A stretch of DNA of 64,000 nt from NCBI GenBank assembly GCA_014240375.1, contig JAAZXB010000007.1, forward strand, positions 80,350-144,349. Direction: 5' to 3'. The notes beneath the pieces were generated by a model. It was not told the DNA's origin. It saw only the letters and a program-made list of their open reading frames with translations, and made no database searches. Positions 47,701 to 57,337 of this stretch are shown here, piece by piece. The position numbers and the translations under genes were made by a program. Position 1 is the stretch's first letter, and each line of letters opens with the position of its first letter. This DNA comes from Planctomycetota bacterium (GTDB taxonomy: Bacteria; Planctomycetota; UBA8108; UBA1146).

Positions 47701-48012
47701 CATATCACTCGATACGGGCGCGTGGACTCCTTGTTGGCCGATGTGGATGATCAACTGGTCGTCATCGGGGGTGGAGACGAATTGATCCTGGAGTTCGACG
47801 CTTCATCGCTTCCGGAGTTGCTACCTGGCTGGGAACGAACCTGGTTGCTCGACACCTTTGGCTGGTGCAAGGATCTGGATCCTCTTACCGGAGCATGCCG
47901 GGACGTGGGCCCGTTACCCTATCGTGGCATGAGCCAGTACCCGCCTCCGGATGATGAGCCCAAACCTGATCGCTCGATCTACCAGTCCATCTGGAATACC
48001 CGGCGCGACTGA
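44704..48012 (+). CDS. Lipoprotein/secreted TPR + FG-GAP/VCBS + ASPIC/UnbV (CRTAC1-like) protein with a large uncharacterised C-terminal region
   Basis: Start at ATG 44704 (AGGAGGG RBS; MKPSLFSLLLLLGCLALHGGC). TPR-like helices at the N-terminus. FG-GAP loops (DVDEDGLPDLAI, DIDMEGDLDLLL, DVDGDGDLDLVV). UnbV-like block GFGARLELRNSEQVV...VVVGLDGSDHLDSLIIEWPDG. Confidence 0.75.
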   Translation: MKPSLFSLLLLLGCLALHGGCTAPPPPTSSLLKLHLDALNQISQHKFVEAEATLLKLVDFAPSAFVPRFNLAVSQLNQAEGGTDRALETLQVAADLKPDDPRVHYLVGVIQRFLGDETSALDEFHKALKLAPRDSDCHYQVAIGLVRSSNEDQALPHFEMAVQLDPTIRGAWNNLQLSWRRSGQLEDANRALATFRELEASGRGRAHSTKYTEQGKLAEAIRDWLPAASSAQPWLPKGDFTWVQITSPSPGGAPPHALVDADLDCIPDLWIAGDEPSAWSLSESPEKIAPLPSLKGAICFAVADVDEDGLPDLAISTGAQVRVLQGEGGRTPRFESLISTVKANASDLLLADIDMEGDLDLLLATGTGPIQLSLNEGHKFREISDSPDLAGTIPVKRIIAVRDLDRDLDHDLLLVGDRLSWISGAPQWKFEEDPARQPLVSVEMLEVDTALLVDLVGDHEQELVLLQRGKLKILRPSNHHKDAEQMALFDGEVALPAEVKSATYVAITAQDLDLDGTEELLLSSAEKTSILQFIAGKPTLSAHTFSPARSMISADVDGDGDLDLVVEKTDGSLWLMRNPLAQESQRLHTFRAHLGGRRDGDDRRTNLLGFGARLELRNSEQVVLAFQEGKGGHHARGLLPVVVGLDGSDHLDSLIIEWPDGVLQAEMDVKVDRCQEIEEIQRKSSSCPILFSFDGQKWNFITDFMGGGGLGFWIGPDEFSPPEPTEVVRIAPGALQPINDRLRLSIMEPMQEICYTDRLSLIAVDHPETHSCFPEEFFPIQAPPPSGKPLMIEKRTRVFPSVVRDASGTIDASLVAEVDRLYAGPRGLIPDMVGYCENQVWEFDFETVPEGSSIALLLDGWIEYPYSRINFAAWQGGQRLAAPTFRWRAASDQPWQLLAEELGYPAGMPKTMVLDVSEIIAHGARQFRIESNLELYWDRVFLASIQPPAPQQIHSIPLHSAILRDGGYPREFSDDGNLPATYHYDQRDPSLDYRPMKKGHITRYGRVDSLLADVDDQLVVIGGGDELILEFDASSLPELLPGWERTWLLDTFGWCKDLDPLTGACRDVGPLPYRGMSQYPPPDDEPKPDRSIYQSIWNTRRD

Positions 48013-48015
48013 TCC

Positions 48016-49701
48016 TCAGGCAAATCGTCGATGCACTCCCCGAGGCAGGTCCGGATCCTCTCCTCGATCGGTCCTCTCCTGCCGCATCTTCTCGGCATAG
48101 GCCTGATACGATCCCTCGAAGAATCGTCCGCTACCCTCGCCATCGAGTGCCAGGATGTGCGTGGCCACACGGTCGAGGAAGTAACGGTCGTGACTGACCA
48201 CCACCCCACAACCCGGAAGAGCCTCGAGTGCCTCCTCGAGCAATCGAAGAGTCGGGATGTCGAGGTCGTTGGTCGGTTCGTCGAGAATCACCAGGTTTCC
48301 ACCACGCCGTAGCATCTTGGCCATCTGGACCCTGTTTCTCATTCCTCCAGAGCAGTGGCCGACCAACTTCTCCTGGTCATCTCCGGTGAATCCAAACCGA
48401 GCGACATACGCTCGACTCTGCACTTCTAGTTTGCCGACATTGAAGACGTCATATCCCTCGGAGATATTCTGGTAGATGGTTTTTTTGTCATTCAGGTCCT
48501 GCCGGCTCTGATCGGCAAAGCAGATCTCGACCGTGGATCCCAGTTCGACACTGCCAGAGTCGGGCTCATCGAGTCCTGCCACCAGGCGCATCAAGGTGGT
48601 CTTACCCGCTCCATTGGGTCCGATGACGCCGACGATGGATCCCGGTCTCAAGGAAAAACTGAGATCCTCGAACAGGACTCTTCCGTCGAAGCCTTTCGAC
48701 ATCTTATTGACATCCAGAACCTTGTCGCCCAAACGGGTCTCACATGGAATGACCAGTGCCGGGAGTTCCTTACGTGACTCGTACACCTGCTCTTGAAGTC
48801 GATGAAATGCCTCGACCCTCGCCTTGCTCTTGGTCGCACGGGCCTTCGGGGTCTGGCGAATCCAGTCCAATTCCTTGGTGAGTAATTTTTGACGATCATC
48901 TTCGTGTCGCTTCTCGACATCGAGTTCCTTCGTCTTCTGCTCGAGATACTGGCTGTAATTGCCCTCGAATGGAGTGCCGCGGCCTCGGTCCATCTCGAGC
49001 ATCCAGCCGACCACATTGTCGAGGAAGTAGCGATCGTGAGTGATCAGCAATACGGTGCCATTGAAGTTGGCCAGGTGTCGTTCGAGCCATGCGACGGTGT
49101 CTGCATCGAGGTGGTTGGTCGGTTCGTCGAGTAACAAGATATCCGGATGAGAAAGCAGGGTCCTGCACAGAGCAATCCTACGTTTTTCACCTCCGGACAG
49201 ATGAGCGACTTCAGAGTCTCCCGGCGGGCAGCTCAATGCATGCATCGCTTGATCGATCTGTCGATCGATCTCCCATGCATCGGAGTCGTCGATCTTCTCC
49301 TGCAGAGTCGCCATCTTGTCGTAGGCTTTTTGCGTTTCACCTTCGGAGAGCTCGGTTGCCAGCGACTCCGTCACTTCATTGTAGTCGTCGAGTAGTTTTC
49401 GAACTGAAGCGGCACCGATTTCAACATTTTCACGTACCGTCTTCGTTTCATCCAACACAGGTTCCTGTGGGACATATCCGATGGTCGCTCCCTTGGCGAT
49501 CGTGACCGTGCCATCATATCCGTCATCGACTCCTGCGATGATCTTCAATAGAGTCGACTTACCACTTCCGTTGACTCCTATCAGGCCAATCTTCGCTCCC
49601 CTGAAAAACCCAAGGGTCACTCCCTTGAGAACATCCTTGGGACCAAAGGAGCGATACACGTCTTGCACCTGGAAGATGACTTCCTGTCGATCCTTACTCA
49701 T
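48016..49701 (-). CDS. ettA: Energy-dependent translational throttle ABC-F ATPase EttA
   Basis: 561 aa, collinear with E. coli EttA as I recall it: two Walker A motifs (GVNGSGKST, GPNGAGKTT), LSGGEKRR and CSGGMRNR signatures, ITHDRYFLDNV, SHDRYFLDRVATHIL. Confidence 0.92.
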   Translation of the reverse strand: MSKDRQEVIFQVQDVYRSFGPKDVLKGVTLGFFRGAKIGLIGVNGSGKSTLLKIIAGVDDGYDGTVTIAKGATIGYVPQEPVLDETKTVRENVEIGAASVRKLLDDYNEVTESLATELSEGETQKAYDKMATLQEKIDDSDAWEIDRQIDQAMHALSCPPGDSEVAHLSGGEKRRIALCRTLLSHPDILLLDEPTNHLDADTVAWLERHLANFNGTVLLITHDRYFLDNVVGWMLEMDRGRGTPFEGNYSQYLEQKTKELDVEKRHEDDRQKLLTKELDWIRQTPKARATKSKARVEAFHRLQEQVYESRKELPALVIPCETRLGDKVLDVNKMSKGFDGRVLFEDLSFSLRPGSIVGVIGPNGAGKTTLMRLVAGLDEPDSGSVELGSTVEICFADQSRQDLNDKKTIYQNISEGYDVFNVGKLEVQSRAYVARFGFTGDDQEKLVGHCSGGMRNRVQMAKMLRRGGNLVILDEPTNDLDIPTLRLLEEALEALPGCGVVVSHDRYFLDRVATHILALDGEGSGRFFEGSYQAYAEKMRQERTDRGEDPDLPRGVHRRFA

Positions 49702-49733
49702 CTCTGACTACTCTCTCATGAATGATTGTTGAA

Positions 49734-49976
<243 letters not shown>

Positions 49977-50081
49977 TCCTTCTGAGTTCCAACGAGTTGA
50001 CTCCACCCAGGGTGCTGGGTCGTTTATGGTAAGGACTCAATCGCATCTCTACCAGCAGACCCATCAAGGTCAGGAGGCCAG

Positions 50082-51443
50082 ATGAAAGATGTCATCGAAC
50101 AGCTCGCCAGCGGACGACAGTTACATATCGACAGGCTGGTGGAGTGGTTACGGATTCCCAGCATCTCCACCGATCCCCAGAGGAATGGGGATGTACGAGA
50201 CGCTGGAGAGTGGATTCAGCAGGAATTGTCCCGTTCTGGTTTCGCAGCCAGGCTCGATGAGACCGATGGCCACCCGGTCTGCTTTGCTTCCTGGACCGGT
50301 GCCGAGGGAGCTCCCACCGTACTCATCTATGGCCATTACGATGTCCAGCCTCCAGAACCGCTCGAGTTATGGCGCCATGGAGCCTTCGAGCCGACCATCG
50401 AAGATGGAAATCTGATCGCCCGTGGCGCCACCGATGACAAGGGCCAGGTGCTCGCTCTCGTGAGAGGAATTTGCGGCGTTCTTCAGCAACGTGGATCACT
50501 ACCGGTCAACATCAAGTTCTTGATCGAGGGCGAAGAGGAGATCGGATCGCCAAATCTGGCCCCTTACATCGAAGCCCACAAGGAAGAACTGACCGCCGAT
50601 GTTGCGGTGATTTCAGATTGTTCCCAGTTCGCTCCAGGAATCCCCGCCATCACCGTGGCGCTGAAGGGCCTCGTCTATCTGGAGATCTTTGTCCAGGGTC
50701 CCAATCGTGATCTGCACTCCGGCTCCTTCGGTGGTGCGGTGGAAAATCCAGCGAATGTGCTGACACGCATTCTCGGCTCTCTTCGGGATGAAGCTGGAAG
50801 AATCACCATTCCTGGTTTTTACGAGAATGTCCGAGACTTGACTCCCGAGGAGAGAGCGGACTTCGCCTCACTGCCCTTCGATGAAGATGGCTTCAGAGAT
50901 GACCTCGAAGTTCCTCAAGTACATGGTGAGGCCGGTTGGACGACGCTGGAACGAAAAGGAGCGCGGCCCACTCTCGATATCAATGGCCTGCTCAGCGGTT
51001 GGACCGGTGAAGGCGCAAAAACCGTGCTTCCGGCCCATGCCAGCGCAAAACTATCGATGCGGCTGGTGCCGGACCAGGATCCCGATGTCATCGACACTCT
51101 GGTCTCTGACCATCTCCGCTCACTGTGCCCACCCAGTTGCACCATCGAGGTGCGCAGTCACCACGGAGCCCAACCGGTACTGGTCGAACGGGACAGTCAC
51201 TGGCTCGATGCGGCTGCTCGAGCGGTGGAGAAGGGCTTCGGAAAGGCACCGGTGTATATCCGCGAGGGCGGCTCGATCCCCGTGGTCAGTGATCTGAAGA
51301 GAATCCTCGGGATCGATACCATCCTGCTCGGACTCGGACTGCCGGACGACAATGCTCATTCCCCCAATGAGAAATTTCACCTCCCCGACTATCAACGGGG
51401 GATCGAAACAGCGGCCTGGTTCCTTGATGAAATCTCTTCATGA
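50082..51443 (+). CDS. Peptidase M20 family dipeptidase
   Basis: 453 aa. VLIYGHYDVQP, ARGATDDKGQ, EGEEEIGS, and a dimerisation-domain insert. AGGAGG RBS. Confidence 0.85.
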   Translation: MKDVIEQLASGRQLHIDRLVEWLRIPSISTDPQRNGDVRDAGEWIQQELSRSGFAARLDETDGHPVCFASWTGAEGAPTVLIYGHYDVQPPEPLELWRHGAFEPTIEDGNLIARGATDDKGQVLALVRGICGVLQQRGSLPVNIKFLIEGEEEIGSPNLAPYIEAHKEELTADVAVISDCSQFAPGIPAITVALKGLVYLEIFVQGPNRDLHSGSFGGAVENPANVLTRILGSLRDEAGRITIPGFYENVRDLTPEERADFASLPFDEDGFRDDLEVPQVHGEAGWTTLERKGARPTLDINGLLSGWTGEGAKTVLPAHASAKLSMRLVPDQDPDVIDTLVSDHLRSLCPPSCTIEVRSHHGAQPVLVERDSHWLDAAARAVEKGFGKAPVYIREGGSIPVVSDLKRILGIDTILLGLGLPDDNAHSPNEKFHLPDYQRGIETAAWFLDEISS

Positions 51444-52132
51444 TTCGCTTCAGACCTGCTTCAGAGCGAGGGCAGGCAGATCATGGTTGGCTTCGAGCGA
51501 GGCATGCTTTCAGTTTCGCCCAATACCACGATCCTGACTGGATGGGGTGGCGCGGACTTCGAGTCATGAATGAGGACCGGATCGCAGCTTCGAGTGGGTT
51601 CCCATCGCATCCGCACCGCGAGATGGAAATCATCACCGTGGTGCTGTCAGGAGCCATCGCTCATGAAGATTCGATGGGAAACTCTGGAATCCTGACCTCC
51701 AAAGATGTTCAGACGATGAGTGCAGGGCGCGGCATCATTCACAGTGAATCAAATCCGTATCCTGAGGAATTGCATCTCTATCAGATCTGGATCGAGCCAG
51801 CAAAGCAGGGAGTCACTCCTCGATATGACCAGAAGTCCTTCGATCCGCTCGATCGCACCGGACGCTGGCAATTGCTCGTCTCCGAAGATGGAGAGAGCGG
51901 GTCACTGACCATCACCCAGGATGCTCGCATCTATCGTCGCTTACAGACCCCCTCGACGCTGGAGAACAGCATCTCTCAGGGGAGGGGGCAGTGGATTCAG
52001 GTGATCTCCGGAGCTATTCAACTCGATGGAGTCACACTGGTATCGGGTGACGGAGCCGCCATCGATGAGGTGGACAGTTACCGGATGGATGTGGTCGAGG
52101 AAAGCGATCTTCTACTCTTTGATCTGCCCTGA
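51440..52132 (+). CDS. Pirin-family protein (YhhW-like bicupin)
   Basis: RGQADHGWL..RHAFSFA.Y.D......G.LRV.NED and the metal-ligand block GFPSHPHREMEIITVVLSG. ATGA overlap with the upstream gene. Confidence 0.9.
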   Translation: MIRFRPASERGQADHGWLRARHAFSFAQYHDPDWMGWRGLRVMNEDRIAASSGFPSHPHREMEIITVVLSGAIAHEDSMGNSGILTSKDVQTMSAGRGIIHSESNPYPEELHLYQIWIEPAKQGVTPRYDQKSFDPLDRTGRWQLLVSEDGESGSLTITQDARIYRRLQTPSTLENSISQGRGQWIQVISGAIQLDGVTLVSGDGAAIDEVDSYRMDVVEESDLLLFDLP

Positions 52133-52138
52133 AACTGG

Positions 52139-53692
52139 TCACCGACGCCAGGTCATCGGCAAGAAGATCACCAGAACCGCATAGATCTCGAGACGTCCCA
52201 GCAGCATCAGGAAGATCAGCAAGACCTTTCCGATTGCAGGGATGGCAGAGAAATTCTCGAGCGGACCGACACCGGCAATACCAGGTCCAACATTCCCTAT
52301 CGTCGCGAGGGTCGCCCCTAACGCAGTCAGCAGATGATCGTCTTCCAGGGCACCGCTGACCGTCTTCGCATCACTTACCGAGAGGCTACCGGCATCTTCG
52401 GACCAGGCGGGATCCAGTACGAAAGAGAGTACCAGTACCGAAACGAGGAATAACAGCGTCCACAAGGCAAGAAATCCAATCACCCTGGCGATCACTTCTC
52501 GCTCGACGGCTTCTCCTCCGATCTTGATCGGAAGTACCGCGTGGGGTCGTATCAATAATGCAATTTCACGTAAACCATATTTCACCAGGGTCAGGACCCG
52601 GAAGATCTTGATTCCACCTGCGGTGCTCCCTGCGCAACCTCCAACGACCATCAATACAATCAAAACGACTCTGCATGCGTTGGGCCAATGATCGTAATCG
52701 GCGGTAACGAAACCGGCACCCGTGCCGATGGATGCCACCTGGAAACTGGCGTAGCGAAAACACTGACCCAATGTCCCGTACTTTTCAGCATTTTCGATAC
52801 GGTCAGGATAAGTACCCAGATGCAACATCAAGGTCACAAAAATGATCGATACGACGATGAGGCCGACAAAGAAACGGAGCTCGCTATTGCGGAAATACAC
52901 CGGATTCCCTCGAAAGATCGCTCGATAATGAAGAACGAAATTCATTCCTGCGATCAAAACGAAAACCGTGATCACTGCATCTACATATGCGCTATCAAAG
53001 TGAGCAACGCTCATACTCTTGGTCGAGAATCCTCCGGTAGCCAGTGTAGAAAAAGCCAGTGTTACCGCATCAAACCAATCCATCACTGGTAGCAACAGTC
53101 CTGCAACAATAACAGTGAGAAGAAGATATAGTCCCCACAGCATCATTGCGGTCTGAGCCACTCGCGGTGCTAATTTCTCTGTGGTCGGTCCGGGCACCTC
53201 CGCTCGCATCATTTGAATCCCACCGGAGCCCAGTAATGGCAGAACAGCAACGGTCAGCACCACGATTCCCATCCCCCCCAACCACTGGGTGAGGCTCCTC
53301 CAGAACAGAAGTCCGGGGGGCAAGGCCTCGATGTCGATGAGGATGGTGGCTCCGGTAGTAGTGAATCCACTCATCGTCTCGAAGTAAGCATCGAGCAGTG
53401 AAGGGATTCCACCGGGGGCTAGCCAGAATGGTAGGGCACCGAAGAAGCTCAAGACCGCCCACCCCAACCCCACCACGGCGAATGCCTCGCGGGATCGAAG
53501 CTTCTTCTGGTAATCGCGGTTGGCGCCCCAGAGGATCATTCCAGTAACGAGACAGATTCCAATGGTGGTATAGAAAGCTGGAAGTTCCAGGGCAGAGTCC
53601 AACGCCGCCGCTACCAGCAGTGGAATCACCAGGATTCCAGCCATGGTCAAGATCAACAGACCCAGGACCGCCAGAAGGGGACGAAATCTCAC
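52139..53692 (-). CDS. trkH: Trk-type potassium uptake membrane subunit TrkH
   Basis: 517 aa, polytopic. Repeated pore-loop motifs (MSGFTTTGAT, LATGGFST, ASIGTGAGF, TIGNVGPG) characteristic of the TrkH/KtrB family. Overlaps the trkA stop. Confidence 0.9.
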   Translation of the reverse strand: MRFRPLLAVLGLLILTMAGILVIPLLVAAALDSALELPAFYTTIGICLVTGMILWGANRDYQKKLRSREAFAVVGLGWAVLSFFGALPFWLAPGGIPSLLDAYFETMSGFTTTGATILIDIEALPPGLLFWRSLTQWLGGMGIVVLTVAVLPLLGSGGIQMMRAEVPGPTTEKLAPRVAQTAMMLWGLYLLLTVIVAGLLLPVMDWFDAVTLAFSTLATGGFSTKSMSVAHFDSAYVDAVITVFVLIAGMNFVLHYRAIFRGNPVYFRNSELRFFVGLIVVSIIFVTLMLHLGTYPDRIENAEKYGTLGQCFRYASFQVASIGTGAGFVTADYDHWPNACRVVLIVLMVVGGCAGSTAGGIKIFRVLTLVKYGLREIALLIRPHAVLPIKIGGEAVEREVIARVIGFLALWTLLFLVSVLVLSFVLDPAWSEDAGSLSVSDAKTVSGALEDDHLLTALGATLATIGNVGPGIAGVGPLENFSAIPAIGKVLLIFLMLLGRLEIYAVLVIFLPMTWRR

Positions 53693-55056
53693 TTCAGCAT
53701 ACCTTTTCTGCGAGTGAACATCTTTTCAATGTCCTTCACCGCCTCGGGAAGGGCAAACACGATGACATGATCTCCACCTTCGATGACCGTGTCTCCTGTT
53801 CCGGTGAATACCTCATCCCCTCGCTGAACCGCACCGATGATGGAACCGTTGGGAAGATTCAGATTTGCAATTTTCTTTCCGCATACCGTTTCCTGCTCGC
53901 TGATCTCATACTCTCTCGCTTCAGCACCGGAGTCCCCCACCTGCGACACGGCGACCACGCGGCCACTTCGCAATTCCCTCAGGATGGCACTCACGGTGAT
54001 TCTACGTGGATTGACGGCTTCTCCGACTGCTGCCTGCTTGAGAATCGGCAAGAACTGATTCTGCTCGGTCCGGATGAGGATTCGCCGAACTCCCAGTTTG
54101 TTGACGAGCAAGGCGTTGGTCAGGTTCTCTGCATCTCCGTTTTCTAGCGATAGAAAAAAGTCTGCATCTCCGATCCTGTTTTCCTCGGCAAAGTCTGCAT
54201 CCGTGATGTTGCCGTGCAGTACGAGACTCTTCTCTAGAATCTCCGAGGCCCTCTCTGCCTGGGCCCGATCTTTCTCCACCAGTACGATGGACTTTACCGT
54301 ACCCTCCAGTCTCCTGGCCACTTCGATGCCCAGTTGTGTGGCACCGGCGATAAACACCTGCTGGACCACTTCCGATTCGGGATGGGCAATGGCCATGAAA
54401 TCAGCGGTCTTGGTGCGCTTCAGCAGGACATAGATCTGATCTCCATCCCTGAGTTCATCTTCTCCACTGGGGATCACCAGGCCATCTTCCCTGACGATAG
54501 CAACAATCAAGCCGGGAATCCGATCGTATCTTTGACGCAGGTCTTTCAGAATTACTCCATCGAGAGGAGATCCTTCCGAGATCTGAAACCCCCACAGCAC
54601 CAACTCTCCATTTGCGAAATCGAAAACATCGAAAGCACCCGGGTTTTGAACCAATCTGTGCAACTTATCAGCAGTGGCGTCTACCGGATTGACGATCAGA
54701 TCTGCTCCGTATGCCTCCGGTAACAGTGGAGATCCCGGGGAAGAGAGTTCCGCATTGCGCAGGCGGACCACTACTTTCTTTGCTCCCAGTTTTTTCGCAA
54801 GCAAGCAGACAACGATGTTGATCTCATCTCGATCGGTCACAGCAATGACCAGATTCGTACGATCAGAGATCGCCTTTCGCAGTATTCTGGGGCTCGCTGC
54901 ATTTCCATGAATCGCCCGTACGTTGAGGCGATCATCGATCCTGTGTATCAGATCAATGTCGGCATCGATGATGGTGATCCGATGCCCCTCCGCGGAGAGT
55001 CGCTCTGCCAGATGGTGTCCGACCACTCCGGCACCCACGATGACGATACGTAGCAT
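53689..55056 (-). CDS. trkA: Trk system NAD-binding subunit TrkA (two RCK modules)
   Basis: Start at ATG 55056 (GGGAGA RBS). Two Rossmann RCK-N motifs (IVIVGAGVVGHHLA and VFIAGATQLGIEVA), each followed by an RCK-C. Confidence 0.9.
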   Translation of the reverse strand: MLRIVIVGAGVVGHHLAERLSAEGHRITIIDADIDLIHRIDDRLNVRAIHGNAASPRILRKAISDRTNLVIAVTDRDEINIVVCLLAKKLGAKKVVVRLRNAELSSPGSPLLPEAYGADLIVNPVDATADKLHRLVQNPGAFDVFDFANGELVLWGFQISEGSPLDGVILKDLRQRYDRIPGLIVAIVREDGLVIPSGEDELRDGDQIYVLLKRTKTADFMAIAHPESEVVQQVFIAGATQLGIEVARRLEGTVKSIVLVEKDRAQAERASEILEKSLVLHGNITDADFAEENRIGDADFFLSLENGDAENLTNALLVNKLGVRRILIRTEQNQFLPILKQAAVGEAVNPRRITVSAILRELRSGRVVAVSQVGDSGAEAREYEISEQETVCGKKIANLNLPNGSIIGAVQRGDEVFTGTGDTVIEGGDHVIVFALPEAVKDIEKMFTRRKGMLK

Positions 55057-55263
55057 TATTTCTCCCAGCAGTTGCAACGGTCGGTTACGGGTCCAAACTG
55101 GCCCCAGTCCTCCAACCAGCGGATGATAGACCTGAAGTAAGAAATCGCCAACACCGGCAACCGTTTGGACGACGGATCCGGGCCGGATATCCTCTCTTAA
55201 GGGAATCCAGAAGCGCTCTGGAGCAATTGACCCCGGCCAGGAATCTTAGAGAAGAAAGCCACG

Positions 55264-56337
55264 ATGAAGAACAAATTCAACCTTCAATGTGATCGAGGGG
55301 CCAGAGCCATACCCCCGGCCCTGAGTTCAGTACGGGTCGGATTCTTGTGCTTGGTGCTGAACCTCTGCTGCTGCTTACCCACCTCATTCATCTATGCGCA
55401 AGAGATCGTCAACGAAAATGGATTTGCCGCTCGTGTCGATGGAAAGGTCATCACCCTGGCGGAATTGAATCTGGAAATTCAAAGGCAGATCTCCTCAGCA
55501 CGAGGACAGATCACCGAGAGTCAGATCGAATACGAAAAAACGCGCCTCCGCCCATTGATACTGCGAATCCTGGTCGAAAGACAATTGCTGATCCAGAAGG
55601 CGATCCATGAGGAAATCCATCTTCCCCCCAAAGCGATCGACAACTTCTTGCAGGATCGAGTAGAAGTGCTCAGTAAAGCAGAGGGGACTCGCTACTCCGT
55701 GGATGACTATCTTGCACTATGGGAAAAACAATTCGGAGAGAGTGAAGTTCAGTTGAGAAAGCGCCTGAGCGAGGAACTTCGAATCGACGAGTTACGCCGT
55801 CGAACACTCAGGAGCACCCGGAATATTTCTCCTCGAAAATTACGTGCGTACTACAAAGAACACGCAGATGAATTCAGGAGCGAAAGTACTATCTCATTTC
55901 GTCAGCTACTGGTAGCTGACGATGATCCCGACTCGAACAGGATGCGACTCGAGATCGACCGTGCACTGGAAGCTGAAGATGACTTCGAGAGCCTGGTCAA
56001 GAAGTGGTCGATGGGCCCCCGTAAAGATATCGGTGGTCTCTACTCGTTGACAGAAAAGGACCTCGATTCGAGGTTTCCCCCGGTTCCTGAAATGGTCAAG
56101 AAATTGAAGCCCGGTGAGTACTCGGGGTGGTTCATGTGCAGGGGCTACGCGCACAACATCAAGCTGATCGAGATCTCTCCCGGAACACTGCTCGATTTTT
56201 CACGGGCGCAGGATCAGATCCGTTCGATTCTCACTCGCGAACTGGAGGAGAAGAAGAGAAAGGAATTCGAGCAGAGCCTCTGGAAAGATGCCGTCATCGA
56301 GGTTTTCATTCCAGGGATCGAATTGCCCCTTCTCTGA
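55264..56337 (+). CDS. Periplasmic peptidyl-prolyl isomerase, SurA/PpiD-like (parvulin domain)
   Basis: Signal-like N-terminus, a SurA-N-like helical region and a parvulin-like block (ISFRQLLVADDD...KKWSMGPRKDIGGLYSL...GEYSGWF...GYAHNIKLIE). Confidence 0.7.
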   Translation: MKNKFNLQCDRGARAIPPALSSVRVGFLCLVLNLCCCLPTSFIYAQEIVNENGFAARVDGKVITLAELNLEIQRQISSARGQITESQIEYEKTRLRPLILRILVERQLLIQKAIHEEIHLPPKAIDNFLQDRVEVLSKAEGTRYSVDDYLALWEKQFGESEVQLRKRLSEELRIDELRRRTLRSTRNISPRKLRAYYKEHADEFRSESTISFRQLLVADDDPDSNRMRLEIDRALEAEDDFESLVKKWSMGPRKDIGGLYSLTEKDLDSRFPPVPEMVKKLKPGEYSGWFMCRGYAHNIKLIEISPGTLLDFSRAQDQIRSILTRELEEKKRKEFEQSLWKDAVIEVFIPGIELPLL

Positions 56338-56407
56338 TCCTCGATCGGGTTCACTACCGGCTCCAACGGCGATCGACGCTGTCCGTGCGATCGGTTTCCT
56401 GCTGCTT

Positions 56408-57292
56408 CTAGGGCTCGGTAACGGGATCCTTGGTCTCTTCCTTGGTCTCTTCCTTCTCTGCACCGGATTCCTTCTTCGAGCCCTTCTTGCGCTCGATGAG
56501 CGCCTGGACCGACTTGGGTGCGGCCAACTCGGTCTCCTCGGGCTCCACGTCATGCTGGATCTGGCTCACTTCCAGAGCCATCGTTTGAATCCCTTGCTCG
56601 ATGAGCATCGTGTGTGGGTACCAGATTTCATCCACCTTCTTGAAGTCACCGAGCTGGACCTTCATCGGTATCTTACCCATCGGGGAATCCGCGATGAGGG
56701 TGACCTGGATCGTCCGATGGTCCGCTTTTGAAACCCAGTATTTTTCCTCGGTGTCGCTTTTTGACTTGAGAAGATAGATGTCACATTCCACATCGTTGAT
56801 CGACTCCTCACCACTCAGGACCGCCGAGACGTAGTCCTCCTGTAAGTGCAGCGCAGGAAAGACGTGAGCACTACGAAGGATTTGATCTTTCATCGGCCCT
56901 GAGAGTATCGCCGGTCCATTGATGGGGTCAGAGGTCCAGACCACGCCGCCGTGAACTCCCTGGCGAAAATCTCCATAACCCTCGATCGAGAGGGATTCTG
57001 ACATCACTCCATCCGCAGATACAAAACCCAAGTTCTTCGCCTCGATGCCGGCGTCAACAATTGAAACCGATGAAATCATGCGGCGATTCTTGACCTTTTC
57101 CAGAGCGGACTTCTCACCAATGGCACCGATCATCTTCTGTTGCAGTGCCTCCAGTACATTCTCCTGGATTTCACCATCTGTCGGTGCTGGTGTGTCCGAG
57201 GATCCACGCACGGAGAGCGCTGGAAGGCTCATCGCCGCAATCAACAGGAAGGCCATGAGCCGACCAAGAATCAGTGGAATCGTTCGTATCAT
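56408..57292 (-). CDS. Secreted hypothetical protein (LolA-like/outer-membrane-lipoprotein-sorting fold possible) with a Lys/Glu-rich C-terminal tail
   Basis: Start at ATG 57292 (AGGAGA RBS; MIRTIPLILGRLMAFLLIAAMSLPALS). The C-terminus is KKGSKKESGAEKEETKEETKDPVTEP. No catalytic motif recognised. Confidence 0.55.
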   Translation of the reverse strand: MIRTIPLILGRLMAFLLIAAMSLPALSVRGSSDTPAPTDGEIQENVLEALQQKMIGAIGEKSALEKVKNRRMISSVSIVDAGIEAKNLGFVSADGVMSESLSIEGYGDFRQGVHGGVVWTSDPINGPAILSGPMKDQILRSAHVFPALHLQEDYVSAVLSGEESINDVECDIYLLKSKSDTEEKYWVSKADHRTIQVTLIADSPMGKIPMKVQLGDFKKVDEIWYPHTMLIEQGIQTMALEVSQIQHDVEPEETELAAPKSVQALIERKKGSKKESGAEKEETKEETKDPVTEP

Positions 57293-57337
57293 TTCATCTC
57301 TCCTCTTCACCGGATCTCTATTCCGGGTCTGTTGAAC

